Shown here one piece after another: positions 17,801 to 26,472 of a stretch of 64,000 bases of DNA. A program made the position numbers and the translations under genes. The notes under the pieces were generated by a model that was not told the DNA's origin, did not search any database, and saw only the letters and a list, made by a program, of their open reading frames with translations. Within the stretch, counting starts at the first letter, position 1. Every line of letters begins with the position of its first letter. Origin of the DNA: Pirellulales bacterium (lineage in GTDB: Bacteria; Planctomycetota; Planctomycetia; Pirellulales; UBA1268); assembly GCA_041746715.1 (NCBI GenBank), contig JBGTGN010000156.1:14900-78899 (forward strand), given 5' to 3'.

Positions 17801-18305
17801 GGCCAAGCTCGACACGCTCCTCGAGCAGCTTGAAGAGGTGATCGACGAGGGGCACAAGGTCATCGTGTTTAGCCAGTTCACGAGTTTCCTCTCGATCCTG
17901 CGTCGGCGGCTCGATGCGATTCCGACGACCTACGAATACCTCGACGGCCGCACGACCGACCGGCAGGCCCGCGTGACCCGCTTCCAGGAAGACGAGAGCT
18001 GTCGGCTCTTCCTTGTGAGCCTGAAGGCGGGCGGCCAGGGTCTCAACCTCACCGCCGCCGACTACATCTACATCCTTGATCCCTGGTGGAACCCAGCGGT
18101 CGAAGCCCAGGCCGTCGATCGGGCCCACCGCATCGGCCAGACCCGTCCGGTCTTCGCCTACCGCCTGATTGCCCGAGACACGGTGGAGGAGAAAATTCTC
18201 TCCCTCCAGGATAAAAAGCGGGAACTGGCCGAGTCGATCGTGCGGGCCGATGCAGGCGTCATCGCCAATCTGACCCCCGAAGACGTCGAGCTATTGCTCT
18301 CCTGA
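14859..18305 (+). CDS. SNF2/RapA-family helicase-like ATPase with degenerate N-terminal SWIM-like element
   Basis: LADDMGLGKT (motif I), ILDEAQSIKN (DExx), LTGTPVEN, and the C-terminal helicase lobe LVSLKAGGQGLNLTAADYIYILDPWWNPAVEAQAVDRAHRIGQ. Confidence 0.9.
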   Translation: MKTLENRLFHLFEPGDVARAREIIPAKVSCPRVGQVRAIVSGGDDEDHEVFLELSAHRRGGMTLETRCSSNEGKAGKPCAILAAVILEIDRRGLFSGIHDQTPVALEVIGETPGDDEPLVDDTEAPAPELSTTLTSPANGRANRNGPRLAPWAAELEERRRLVEPTMRSHGVSIPDTRRAGGALVFLFEAAASTDARAAVLTPCRMQLDVTGNATGRPRPITIGPGEVELTDLDGIERELLAKLLGSVGSTDGAMPPPLERRTISRLVISAHSAATHLAMLCEAGRLVIQPEPRRAPEEIVPLAWDSGRPWELAFLVGPDDDELPRSTRATDDDEPPKKPSKATLTAALVRGSQRKSLDEPRVILKAGIVVFADRIARLEASESTAWIDQFERRGTIELSASQCDGLVERLAMLADVPRVVLPAWTGWRIESGPPHPKLVLDDTPAVSVDEPESGRRRTAARVQLAGQIWFDYAGVLIAAGDPAGGAADADRRVFIRRDRAAERDALAMLPRYGFTPPRGVAVDGGELAHHVEVARGRLDSSVSQLASVGWTVEVAGRRYRPAGSVAWNVTSGIDWFELSAEIDFGGVRAELPALLEALASGGRSVVLSDGSVGILPDAFATEMAPFLALAQKHDGTLRYGRIQLALLDALLAGQPQAHFDEAFERLRDQLAAGGRPEAEQEPHGFEGTLRHYQREGLGWLVFLESLGLGGCLADDMGLGKTIQVLAMLMRRQVVNEAAGIPHRPSLVVVPKSLVFNWIEEAHKFAPSLRVANHTGNARTDTTDNLADFDMVITTYGTLRRDIVRHRENEFDYVILDEAQSIKNAASQAAKACRLLRARHRLALTGTPVENHIGELWSIFEFLNPGQLGSAVRLRKFLADGRGSADVVARAVRPYLLRRTKKEVLSDLPEKTEQTLYVELGETQRKAYDELREHFRAELTGRIGRFGIGRSRIAVLEALLRLRQTACHPGLVDHARVDEPSAKLDTLLEQLEEVIDEGHKVIVFSQFTSFLSILRRRLDAIPTTYEYLDGRTTDRQARVTRFQEDESCRLFLVSLKAGGQGLNLTAADYIYILDPWWNPAVEAQAVDRAHRIGQTRPVFAYRLIARDTVEEKILSLQDKKRELAESIVRADAGVIANLTPEDVELLLS

Positions 18306-18441
18306 AAAAGCCTTCATCGAATTCTCACATGTCGGCAGGGGCCGCGGCGGGCATACTTTTGTTGTCGTGTGGGTGGCCAGGCCGCGGGGCCTGGCTGGCG
18401 GCCCACGTCCCCCGCCACCTCTTCGCCCATCATGGTGTCCG

Positions 18442-19209
18442 ATGCCCGCTGTCACATCCGTGTTCCAGGAAGGCCTCGTGAAGCACGCGTCGCCAAAGCC
18501 CCGAGATCGACTAGCCTCGCCGCCGACCCATCGGATTCTCGTCGTCGATGACGAGGTCGATCTGCTCGAACTCGTGCGGTACAACCTCGTGAAGGAGGGG
18601 TACGACGTCGTGTGCGTCGGCAGTGGGGAAGAGGCGCTGAAGGCGGCTCGGAAAGAACCTCCCGATCTTATCGTGCTCGATCTCATGCTTCCCACGGTCG
18701 ATGGCCTTGAAGTTTGCCGCAGACTCAAGGCCGAGGCACGAACCCGTGACATCCCAATCGTGATGCTCACCGCCAAGAGCGAGGAGACCGACATCATCTC
18801 CGGTCTCGACCGCGGTGCCGACGACTACATCGCCAAGCCCTTTAGCCCGCGGGTGCTCACCGCTCGGATCAAGGCGCTCCTGCGGCGGCATGACACGAAG
18901 CGACAGGCCGAGGCCGATCTCACGATCGACGTACACGAGCTTTCGATTCACCCGGGCCGTCATGAAGTGACGCTCGCTGGCAGCCCTCTCGAACTCACCT
19001 ACACGGAGTTTGCGCTGCTTCAGTTTCTCGCGAAGCGACCGGGCTGGGCCTACACCCGCACCCAGATTGTCGATGCGGTGAAGGGTGAAGATTATCCCGT
19101 CACGGAACGGTCGGTCGATGTTCAGGTTGCCGGCCTCCGCAAGAAGCTCGGCGAATTTGGGTCGTATATCGAAACCGTCCGCGGCGTCGGCTACCGCTTC
19201 CGGCCCTAG
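18442..19209 (+). CDS. OmpR/PhoB-family response regulator
   Basis: ILVVDDEVDLLELV...LIVLDLMLPTVDG...ADDYIAKPF, plus the winged-helix end IETVRGVGYRF. The start is uncertain; the ORF-track start at 18367 gives an implausible Pro/Arg-rich N-terminus. Confidence 0.9.
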   Translation: MPAVTSVFQEGLVKHASPKPRDRLASPPTHRILVVDDEVDLLELVRYNLVKEGYDVVCVGSGEEALKAARKEPPDLIVLDLMLPTVDGLEVCRRLKAEARTRDIPIVMLTAKSEETDIISGLDRGADDYIAKPFSPRVLTARIKALLRRHDTKRQAEADLTIDVHELSIHPGRHEVTLAGSPLELTYTEFALLQFLAKRPGWAYTRTQIVDAVKGEDYPVTERSVDVQVAGLRKKLGEFGSYIETVRGVGYRFRP

Positions 19210-19288
19210 AACGAAGCCAGGCCGATCGACGCATCACCAGCGGCCGGCTGGGTACGGTATCCTGTGAGGTTGTGGGCGGTCGACGCTC

Positions 19289-21115
19289 ATGCCGGTCATG
19301 CCGCCGGCTTCCGGCACGTCCTCCACCGGCCTGCCTGCCTCCATGCCCCGCACCCGGTTTGTCTGGCACCTCTTCGCTGGCTGGTGCCTGCTCATCACGG
19401 CATCGCTCATCGTTTGCCTCTGGCTCGGAAGTGTGCAGCTTGCAAACGTCGCGACCGGAGCCCAGCAGCAGCGGCTGGTAGACCTTGCTCGCGGGCTTGC
19501 CGCCAGCATCGAGAGTCCAGGCCAGGACGACGACACAGCCAGCCTCGCCACGCTCGGCCGCTTCGCCCTTCCGGCGGAAATCGAAGTGGCCTTGCTCACC
19601 GCCGACGGACAACCGCTCGAGGGAGCGCACCACGAGGCCGACCGAGGGTGGTTCGATGGCCCAATCCTCACCGAGGCGAGGCAAGGGCTCAACAGCAATG
19701 GGGTATGGTTCGACAGCATCGCCGGCCGTCGCTGGATGGCGACGGCCATTCCGATCGGCGCTCCGCCGCACCGGATTCTCGTGATGGCCGCCGACACCTC
19801 AGCCGCTGATCGCCGCCTTCGCCAGGCTCAGGCCACACTCGCCGGCGGCCTTGCGGCCTGCGGTGTCGCTGCGATTGCGGCTGGATGGCTCATCGCAAGA
19901 CGGGCCGCGCGACCGGTTGAAGCACTCTGTGCCGCAGCGAATCGGCTCGCCGCCGGCGATGTCGAGGCGTTTTTCCCACACACCGAGCTGGCTGAGGTAG
20001 CCGGGCTCGCGGCCGCATTGGCTCGCGTTCGCGAACAGCTCGTCGAGCGAGGCCTCACCATCGGCCGGCAGGGCACGCAGCAGGAGGCCGTGCTCGGCAG
20101 CATGATCGAGGGTGTGCTCGCGATCGATGCCCGTCAGCGAATCGTGGGGATGAACCGAGCCGCGGCCGACCTTCTCAGTGTTGAGCTCGACGACGTCCTT
20201 CGTCGCCCGCTCCAGGAAGTGGTCCGCAATCCGGACCTTCGACGATTCGCGCTGTTGGCCATCGACTGTCGCGAACCCGTCGAAGACAACCTCGTCCTGC
20301 GAGGCCCTCGCGACCGCACGATCAGGCTTCGCGGCACGGCGCTGCGGGACGTGTCGGGGGAAGGGGGCGCCGTGATCGTGCTCAATGATGTCACCGATAT
20401 CGAGCGGCTCGAAACCGTACGGCGAGACTTTGTGGCGAATGTCTCCCACGAGCTCAAGACTCCGGTTGCCTCGATCAAAGGGTTTGTCGAGACGCTCCTC
20501 GACGGTGCCGCCGACGACCCCGTCAATGCCCGCCGGTTTCTCGAGATCGTCAGCCGCCAGGCTGACCGGCTCGCTGCGATCATCGAGGATCTCCTTGCCC
20601 TTTCACGGATCGAGCAGAGCGAGGGCGTGGGCAACCTGCCCCTCGAGTCCGCGAGGATTGCCGACATCTTCGCGGCGGTCGTTTCCGACTGTGGTCCGCG
20701 GGCCATCGAGCGATCGATCGGGTTTGAAACACGCTGCCCCGAATCCCTCGTGGCCGAGGTGAATTCACCGCTCCTCGAGCAGGCGGTGATCAACCTCATC
20801 GACAACGCGATCAAATACAGCGAGCCTGGAGACACGGTTCGGCTCGAGGCCGACATGGAGCCAGGCAAGGCCGGGGATGAACTCGTGATTCGTGTGGCCG
20901 ACGATGGCGTGGGGATCGCGGCCGAGCACCTCCCACGTCTTTTCGAGCGGTTTTACCGGGCCGACAAGGCGCGCAGCCGCAAGCTCGGCGGCACGGGCCT
21001 CGGCCTCGCCATCGTGAAGCACATCGTGCAGGCCCACCGCGGGACGATCACCGTCGAGAGCACCCCAGGCGTTGGCAGCACGTTTACGATCCGCCTCCCA
21101 GCGGGTGCCGCCTAA
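19289..21115 (+). CDS. PhoR-like sensor histidine kinase (TM - HAMP - PAS - HisKA - HATPase)
   Basis: RDFVANVSHELKTPVASIKGFVETL, NLIDNAIKYS, DDGVGI, and GGTGLGLAIVKHIV. Confidence 0.9.
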   Translation: MPVMPPASGTSSTGLPASMPRTRFVWHLFAGWCLLITASLIVCLWLGSVQLANVATGAQQQRLVDLARGLAASIESPGQDDDTASLATLGRFALPAEIEVALLTADGQPLEGAHHEADRGWFDGPILTEARQGLNSNGVWFDSIAGRRWMATAIPIGAPPHRILVMAADTSAADRRLRQAQATLAGGLAACGVAAIAAGWLIARRAARPVEALCAAANRLAAGDVEAFFPHTELAEVAGLAAALARVREQLVERGLTIGRQGTQQEAVLGSMIEGVLAIDARQRIVGMNRAAADLLSVELDDVLRRPLQEVVRNPDLRRFALLAIDCREPVEDNLVLRGPRDRTIRLRGTALRDVSGEGGAVIVLNDVTDIERLETVRRDFVANVSHELKTPVASIKGFVETLLDGAADDPVNARRFLEIVSRQADRLAAIIEDLLALSRIEQSEGVGNLPLESARIADIFAAVVSDCGPRAIERSIGFETRCPESLVAEVNSPLLEQAVINLIDNAIKYSEPGDTVRLEADMEPGKAGDELVIRVADDGVGIAAEHLPRLFERFYRADKARSRKLGGTGLGLAIVKHIVQAHRGTITVESTPGVGSTFTIRLPAGAA

Positions 21116-21749
21116 GTGCGGAGTCCTCAACCTCCGGGGGGCCGATGCGATCGAGCACCTCGGCCACGATACGGGCTGGCGCGGGATCGATCGCGACGAC
21201 ACACGCAGCCCGCACATGAGGTGAGCGCTCCGCGAATTCGGCCGCGAGCGACCGCATGACCGCTGGGATCGCTGCCTGGCTTGCAGCACACGAGAGATCA
21301 CCGGCACGAGGCTCTTCGGGCCTCGCAAGGGCCACGACGATCCCTCCCTCCGCCTGACGGACCATCACCGCGGCCGCCTCCTGGGCCACGACCACCATGC
21401 CGACCACGTTGACCTCATAGTGGGCCATGAGATCGCCACCAGTGAGCTCTTCAATCGATGCCCGTCGGCGAAGCCGTGCACAGCCCACGACGACGTCGAT
21501 CCTGCCGAGCCAGTCGGTGACGCGATGGAGCATGGCCCGGACGGCTCCCTCCTCACGAAAATTCGCGGTCACGGCGATGGCCTGGCCACCGGCTGCCGCA
21601 ATCTCAGCTGCCAGTTCTCGAGCTTCACGAAGCGATGCATGGCAGTGAATCGCGACGGCGTAGCCGCGTGCGGCGAGTGCCCGCGCCACCTCGGCGCCGA
21701 CGCCACGCCCGCCGCCCGTGACGATCGCCACGGGGCGACACTCAGCCAT
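21084..21749 (-). CDS. SDR-fold protein with degenerate catalytic residues
   Basis: The Rossmann motif VAIVTGGGRGVGAEVA is intact. Where SDRs carry NNAG and S...YxxxK, this protein has VVGCARL and LSCAASQAAI. The ATG at 21749 overlaps the end of the upstream gene by 8 nt. Confidence 0.7.
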   Translation of the reverse strand: MAECRPVAIVTGGGRGVGAEVARALAARGYAVAIHCHASLREARELAAEIAAAGGQAIAVTANFREEGAVRAMLHRVTDWLGRIDVVVGCARLRRRASIEELTGGDLMAHYEVNVVGMVVVAQEAAAVMVRQAEGGIVVALARPEEPRAGDLSCAASQAAIPAVMRSLAAEFAERSPHVRAACVVAIDPAPARIVAEVLDRIGPPEVEDSALRRHPLGGGS

Positions 21750-22689
21750 GCCGGGCCTCATCGTGCGGCTTCTTGGCGTGAAAATCGAGAATCTGCTGCC
21801 AGGCCTCTTCGGGCGTCTCGGCGTAGGTGAAAAGATCGAGGTGGTGGTCGGCCACCACACCGGAGTCGGCCAGAAACTGAAAATCGATTACGCGAGACCA
21901 ATACTCCCGGCCAAAGAGAATGATCGGGATCGGCTGCATCCGCTGGGTCTGGCGAAGCGTGAGCGTCTCAAACATCTCATCGAGCGTGCCGAAGCCACCT
22001 GGAAAGAGCACCACCGCGGCGGCCCGCAGAATGAAGTGAAACTTTCGCAGCGCGAAGTATTTGAACTGGAAGCAAAGCTCGGGCGTGATGAACGGGTTGG
22101 GCTGCTGTTCGGACGGGAGCTTGATATTGAGACCGATCGACTTGCAGCCGACGTCGAACGCCCCACGATTGGCTGCCTCCATGATCCCTGGGCCACCGCC
22201 GGTAATGACGACGTAGTCACGCTGACTTTCACACTGATTATCGATCGAGACGAGCTTGGCGAACTGCCTCGCCGAGTCGTAGTAGTGGGCAGTCGCGAGG
22301 AGCCGATCGGCTCGCTCGACCGCGCGGGCCGCCTTGGCATCTCCCGGCGTGGCCGAGGCGACACGGCGGGCCTCCGCAAGACGCTCTTCCGCGGCATGCC
22401 GCTCGATGATCTGCGTGCCGCCGAAGACAATCACGGTCGAATGAACCTTGTCGGCCTGGAACGCCAGTTCGGGCTTGCCGAGCTCGAGGAGCATCCGCAC
22501 GCCCCGCATCTCCTCCTGAGCAAGCAGCGGCTGGTCTTCCTGAGCCAGGAGATAGCTGGGCGAGGCGAGGATACGCTCCATGTTCTCGGCCACAAGCGAG
22601 ACGTCATCGCCCAGGTCGGAGTCGGGCAGGATCGAGCAGGCCTTGGGGGGTCGCGGCGAGTTGTCAGGGCGTGGATGGTCGCTCGTCAT
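21742..22689 (-). CDS. LOG / TIGR00730-family (PpnN-like) nucleotide N-ribohydrolase-type protein
   Basis: VVITGGGPGIMEAANRGA and VLFPGGFGTLDEMFETLTLRQT (the PGGxGTxxE motif). Confidence 0.85.
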   Translation of the reverse strand: MTSDHPRPDNSPRPPKACSILPDSDLGDDVSLVAENMERILASPSYLLAQEDQPLLAQEEMRGVRMLLELGKPELAFQADKVHSTVIVFGGTQIIERHAAEERLAEARRVASATPGDAKAARAVERADRLLATAHYYDSARQFAKLVSIDNQCESQRDYVVITGGGPGIMEAANRGAFDVGCKSIGLNIKLPSEQQPNPFITPELCFQFKYFALRKFHFILRAAAVVLFPGGFGTLDEMFETLTLRQTQRMQPIPIILFGREYWSRVIDFQFLADSGVVADHHLDLFTYAETPEEAWQQILDFHAKKPHDEARHG

Positions 22690-22728
22690 GCGTTGTCTCT
22701 GGGGGAACGTAAACGATCAACAAGGATG

Positions 22729-24120
22729 TCAGCCGGGAAGATCAAACGACTGGCCGATCGTGGGAACGACCGTTTTCCAGCCCCGGGTTGTGCTCAGGAA
22801 TTCCGCCATGCCGCGGGCCGACACGGGCTCGCCATGCACGAGAAACGTGGTTTTTGGTGCTGGCATGTCGGCGAGCCAACGACCGAGCTCTGCCCGATCG
22901 GCGTGGCCAGAGAAGGCATCGACCTGCCGAACGACGGCATGCACGGGAATATCCCGGCCGTGGATGCGGAGTGTCTTGGCACCCTCGAGGAGCGTGCGGC
23001 CCCGCGTGCCCTTGGCCTGAAACCCGGCCACAAGCACGGTGGTGTTCTCGTCGGGCAGTCTGCGGACGAGGTGATGGAGAATGCGGCCGCCGTTCATCAT
23101 GCCGCTGGCAGCGATCACGATCCCCGGCCCATGGTGCTGGTTGATGCCCTTGGATTCATCGGGCGTGCGGGCAGTTCGCACAAACGGGCTGGCGAGCGCC
23201 TCGGCGACACCCGCGAGCTTCGCCTCGCTGAAGTCGTGCTCACCTTGATGTCGCTTGAATACTTCGAGGGCATCGACGGCCATCGGGGAATCGACCCACA
23301 CCGGCACCTCTGGCACGCGTACGGCTGCCATGAGCGTGCGAAGCAAATAGACAAGCTGCTGGGCTCGGCCGACGGCGAAGGAAGCCACGAGCATGAGGCC
23401 ACCGCGGGCAATCGCTTCGTTCGTCACTCGCTCGAGCTCCTCGAGCGGACGGGTTGGTGTGTGGTCGCGATCGCCGTAGGTGCTTTCGCACACAAGGTAG
23501 TCACACGCGGGGGGCGACACGGGATCGTGGTAGAGCGGCGCGTCGTAGCGACCCACATCGCCCGAGAACACGATCCGCACCGGTGCTCCTCCGGCTTCGG
23601 TCACCTCCATTTCCACAAACCCACTGCCAAGCATGTGCCCGGCGTCGTGGAAGGTCGCGCGAAAGCCCATGGCGGGCTCAAACGACACACCCCGTGGCCC
23701 CGGCTTCACGAGCCGGAGCGTCGCCGCAACATCCTTCTCTTCATAGAGCGGCAGCGCCGGCTTGTGCTTGGAATAGCCATCGCGGTTGGCGAAGGCGGCA
23801 TCCTCCGCCTGGCACTTGGCCGAGTCGTAGAGCATGAGCGGCAAGAGATCCGCCGTGGCCGGCGTCGTGAAGATCGATCCGCGAAAGCCTTCGCGAACGA
23901 GCCGCGGAAGCCAGCCCGAGTGATCGATGTGGGCGTGGGTGAGCACCACGGCTTGGATCGACGAGGCCGGCAGGCCGAGGGGCTGCCAGTTTCGCGCGCG
24001 AAGGGCCTTCTCACCCTGGAACATGCCACAGTCAATGAGCACCCGCGAGCCACCGACCTCGAGGAGGTGCCGCGAGCCCGACACCACGCTCGCAGCCCCC
24101 AGAAACGTCAGTCGTGCCAT
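22729..24120 (-). CDS. MBL-fold beta-CASP family ribonuclease-like hydrolase
   Basis: MARLTFLGAASVVSGS, VLTHAHIDHSGWLPRL (the HxHxDH motif), and the C-terminal beta-CASP/RNA-specificity-type end FSGHADRAEL. Confidence 0.85.
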   Translation of the reverse strand: MARLTFLGAASVVSGSRHLLEVGGSRVLIDCGMFQGEKALRARNWQPLGLPASSIQAVVLTHAHIDHSGWLPRLVREGFRGSIFTTPATADLLPLMLYDSAKCQAEDAAFANRDGYSKHKPALPLYEEKDVAATLRLVKPGPRGVSFEPAMGFRATFHDAGHMLGSGFVEMEVTEAGGAPVRIVFSGDVGRYDAPLYHDPVSPPACDYLVCESTYGDRDHTPTRPLEELERVTNEAIARGGLMLVASFAVGRAQQLVYLLRTLMAAVRVPEVPVWVDSPMAVDALEVFKRHQGEHDFSEAKLAGVAEALASPFVRTARTPDESKGINQHHGPGIVIAASGMMNGGRILHHLVRRLPDENTTVLVAGFQAKGTRGRTLLEGAKTLRIHGRDIPVHAVVRQVDAFSGHADRAELGRWLADMPAPKTTFLVHGEPVSARGMAEFLSTTRGWKTVVPTIGQSFDLPG

Positions 24121-24144
24121 GGTGAAAATGCTCGCGAGTGAATG

Positions 24145-24996
24145 TCACCGAGGCGGCGGCCCAGCGCGGGTTTCACCGGCGAGGGCCAACTCGCCGGAGG
24201 CAAGCCGCAGTGACTCGAGCCAGCGGGTCGCCGCCTTCCCCTCGGTGGTCGAAGGAATGTACACCAGGAGCACGCTCCTGTTCTCGAACCGGCGGATTTC
24301 AGTGACCGCTCCGAGGGTGTCGAGCCGACGACCAATCGCCTTGAGAATCGGCCCACGGGGGACGGGCAAGCTCCCCAGCCTGGCGTCGGTGATCGTGATG
24401 GCAAGCTGGTTGACGGATCGAAGCCGTACCTCGGCCTCGATCCACGCGACAGTCACCAGTGGCCCGACACCCAGGCGGAAGCCGGCCCGTACGCGACCGG
24501 GTAGCAGTTCGATCCGAGGATCAGTGCCCCAGCCATCGGCCATTCCGATGCGGTTGCGAGGGAGATCGATTGCGAGCCAGGCATTGATCTCCCGCTCGGT
24601 GAGGACAGCCCCCCAGCGGCCCACGCGGCCGCTCGCGGCATACACGGCCGACACCTCGGTCACAAAGCGACGGGCCCCCTGCTCAGCGGTCGCGGCAGCG
24701 TCCGCGGCATCGCGACCATCGAGCGGACCGCCGACGGGCATGCGGGCGTGGTGAAACGCCGGACCGATGCTCATGGCCAAAGCGATGCCGGCCATGAGGA
24801 ACACAGCCGTCAACAAAAAAAGCCGCCGCAGCCTCCGGTGGCGCGGAGGCTGCGACGGCAAGAAGTCATCGGGCGTGGTCGTGCTGTGCTGCTGGGTATC
24901 CACTCCCGGTATTGTCACGGCGACGACAGGTTTTGTGCGAGCAGAGGATGGGTGAATCGACGATACGGCGCGTCTTGTCGGACGGTCATTAGCCAA
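24145..24996 (-). CDS. Membrane-anchored hypothetical protein
   Basis: Basic stretch RHRRLRR, then TM segment LFLLTAVFLMAGIALAMSI, then a ~200-aa extracytoplasmic part. A TTG start at 24996 would overlap the csrA stop by 8 nt; the start is uncertain. Confidence 0.55.
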   Translation of the reverse strand: MANDRPTRRAVSSIHPSSARTKPVVAVTIPGVDTQQHSTTTPDDFLPSQPPRHRRLRRLFLLTAVFLMAGIALAMSIGPAFHHARMPVGGPLDGRDAADAAATAEQGARRFVTEVSAVYAASGRVGRWGAVLTEREINAWLAIDLPRNRIGMADGWGTDPRIELLPGRVRAGFRLGVGPLVTVAWIEAEVRLRSVNQLAITITDARLGSLPVPRGPILKAIGRRLDTLGAVTEIRRFENRSVLLVYIPSTTEGKAATRWLESLRLASGELALAGETRAGPPPR

Positions 24997-25210
24997 CGTA
25001 TCTCAGAAACCGCGAGATCGGAAGCTCGGCCGAGGGTTCGAGCGTGACTTCGCCCAGGGCGACGTCCTCGAGCTCGTCACGGAGCACCCGGACATCTGCC
25101 GGAGCTTCGATCCCGATCCGAACCTTGTCACCACTCACGCGGACCACCGTCACGACCACCGAATCACCGACGCGAATCCGTTCGTTCTGCTTGCGGGAAA
25201 GTACGAGCAT
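24989..25210 (-). CDS. csrA: Carbon storage regulator CsrA (RNA-binding translational regulator)
   Basis: MLVLSRKQNERIRVGDSVVVTVVRVSGDKVRIGIEAPADVRVLRDEL is the canonical CsrA core. It carries a ~25-aa C-terminal extension. Confidence 0.9.
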   Translation of the reverse strand: MLVLSRKQNERIRVGDSVVVTVVRVSGDKVRIGIEAPADVRVLRDELEDVALGEVTLEPSAELPISRFLRYVG

Positions 25211-25250
25211 GAAAAGCCTCCCTCAGTAGGTCCAGGGTATGAATGGAATG

Positions 25251-25279
25251 AATATGCAGAGGATGTGTACAAATGTCAA
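25251..25279 (-). promoter_or_regulatory. Candidate promoter TTGACA-N17-CATATT upstream of csrA
   Basis: The reverse complement reads TTGACATTTGTACACATCCTCTGCATATT. It lies ~40 nt upstream of the csrA ATG, and the leader contains GGA and GGGAGG. Confidence 0.3.
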
Positions 25280-25497
25280 TGTTCGTGCCGCGGCCTTTTC
25301 CGCGAGCCCGTTCATTGGCCTCAAAAGGCGTCCCCCGAGCGTCCTGTCCTCCTGACCGCCGGCTGCGGGGCGACTCGTGTCGCGACGCGGCGGGTTGGGA
25401 AAGATGAGAGCCGTAGGAAACATCGGCCGACGGCGCAAGGTTTCTTGGGTCGGCAAGCAACAACGCCGACCGGACACGTTGTGACGGTAGCGCTAGG

Positions 25498-26379
25498 CTA
25501 CTCGTGGTGTCCAGAATTGCTCGCCGCACCGTCGCCCGCGTACTCGGCGAGATCGATCGTCTTGGCGGCGGCCATTGTTTGCTCGGCCTCAGCGATACGA
25601 TCGAGATCTTCGGCGAGCACGCGAGGGTGGCTATGGTGCTCACCGCGAAACCGCACAGAGCCACCAAACGACACGCCCCGCGGCTCGATTTCGAGGGTCA
25701 CTTCGGTCGGGATCGCGCCGGCCTCTTCGAGCTTCCGGTTGATGGCGAGCCTGGGAAACGGCGGCATGCCGCCAGGTTGCAGGAGCGCCTTGAGCATGAT
25801 GGCCGTGTCGGCAAACCGACGATAGCTTGTGGCTTCATCTGCCGACGCCACAGCCGCATGCTTGACGGCGTAGCGGGTTCGCGGGCCGGCGAGCTCGATC
25901 GAGTCGGCTTCCTCCGTAAGACCTTCCGTGAAATCAGGGCCACCGGCCCATTGCACGAGCCGGTCGTCGCTCTTGCGAGCCCACGTGGCCAGCGACACGC
26001 CGAGCCGGTCGAGCTGCACGGTGGCCACTTCGGTTTTCACACGGCGGACGGGGTCAATCACCACGACTCGCTCGCGGGCCGGATCGTGGAGCACGATCTC
26101 GACGAGCGTCATGGCCGACGGGTCGGCATTCTTGGGTGTGCCAGGTTTTGCGGCGGCGTGTATTTCGAGAAAATCCCAGGCGACACCGTCTTGAAAGACC
26201 GTGATGGTGTGCGCAAGCGGCTTGTCGTTGGTGTCATAGAGCGTCGTCTCGACCCGCATGGCGAGCGCCCCGGGGAACGGCGCCGGCGCTCCCGGCTCGG
26301 CAGCCACCGCGGAGCCAGCCATGATCGACACGACCAGCACGACAAACCAGCACCATGATGGACTGCGGTCAAGGGGCAT
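25498..26379 (-). CDS. Secreted hypothetical protein
   Basis: The ATG at 26379 is preceded by GGAGG. Signal peptide MPLDRSPSWCWFVVLVVSIMAGSAVAA. No family recognised. Confidence 0.6.
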   Translation of the reverse strand: MPLDRSPSWCWFVVLVVSIMAGSAVAAEPGAPAPFPGALAMRVETTLYDTNDKPLAHTITVFQDGVAWDFLEIHAAAKPGTPKNADPSAMTLVEIVLHDPARERVVVIDPVRRVKTEVATVQLDRLGVSLATWARKSDDRLVQWAGGPDFTEGLTEEADSIELAGPRTRYAVKHAAVASADEATSYRRFADTAIMLKALLQPGGMPPFPRLAINRKLEEAGAIPTEVTLEIEPRGVSFGGSVRFRGEHHSHPRVLAEDLDRIAEAEQTMAAAKTIDLAEYAGDGAASNSGHHE

Positions 26380-26472
26380 CGAGAGAACCTCCGGGAACTG
26401 GGCAGGGAGAGTAGCGAGACCGCGACGGCCGCGAAAGATCACTCCGATGCAGGAATCCTGCCGTTCCGGTGC

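Noticed and set aside
21718-24141. 807-aa plus-strand ORF
   Set aside because: It is antisense to the LOG-family and beta-CASP genes, both of which have clear family motifs. Its composition is Arg/Gly/His-rich with no recognisable domains.
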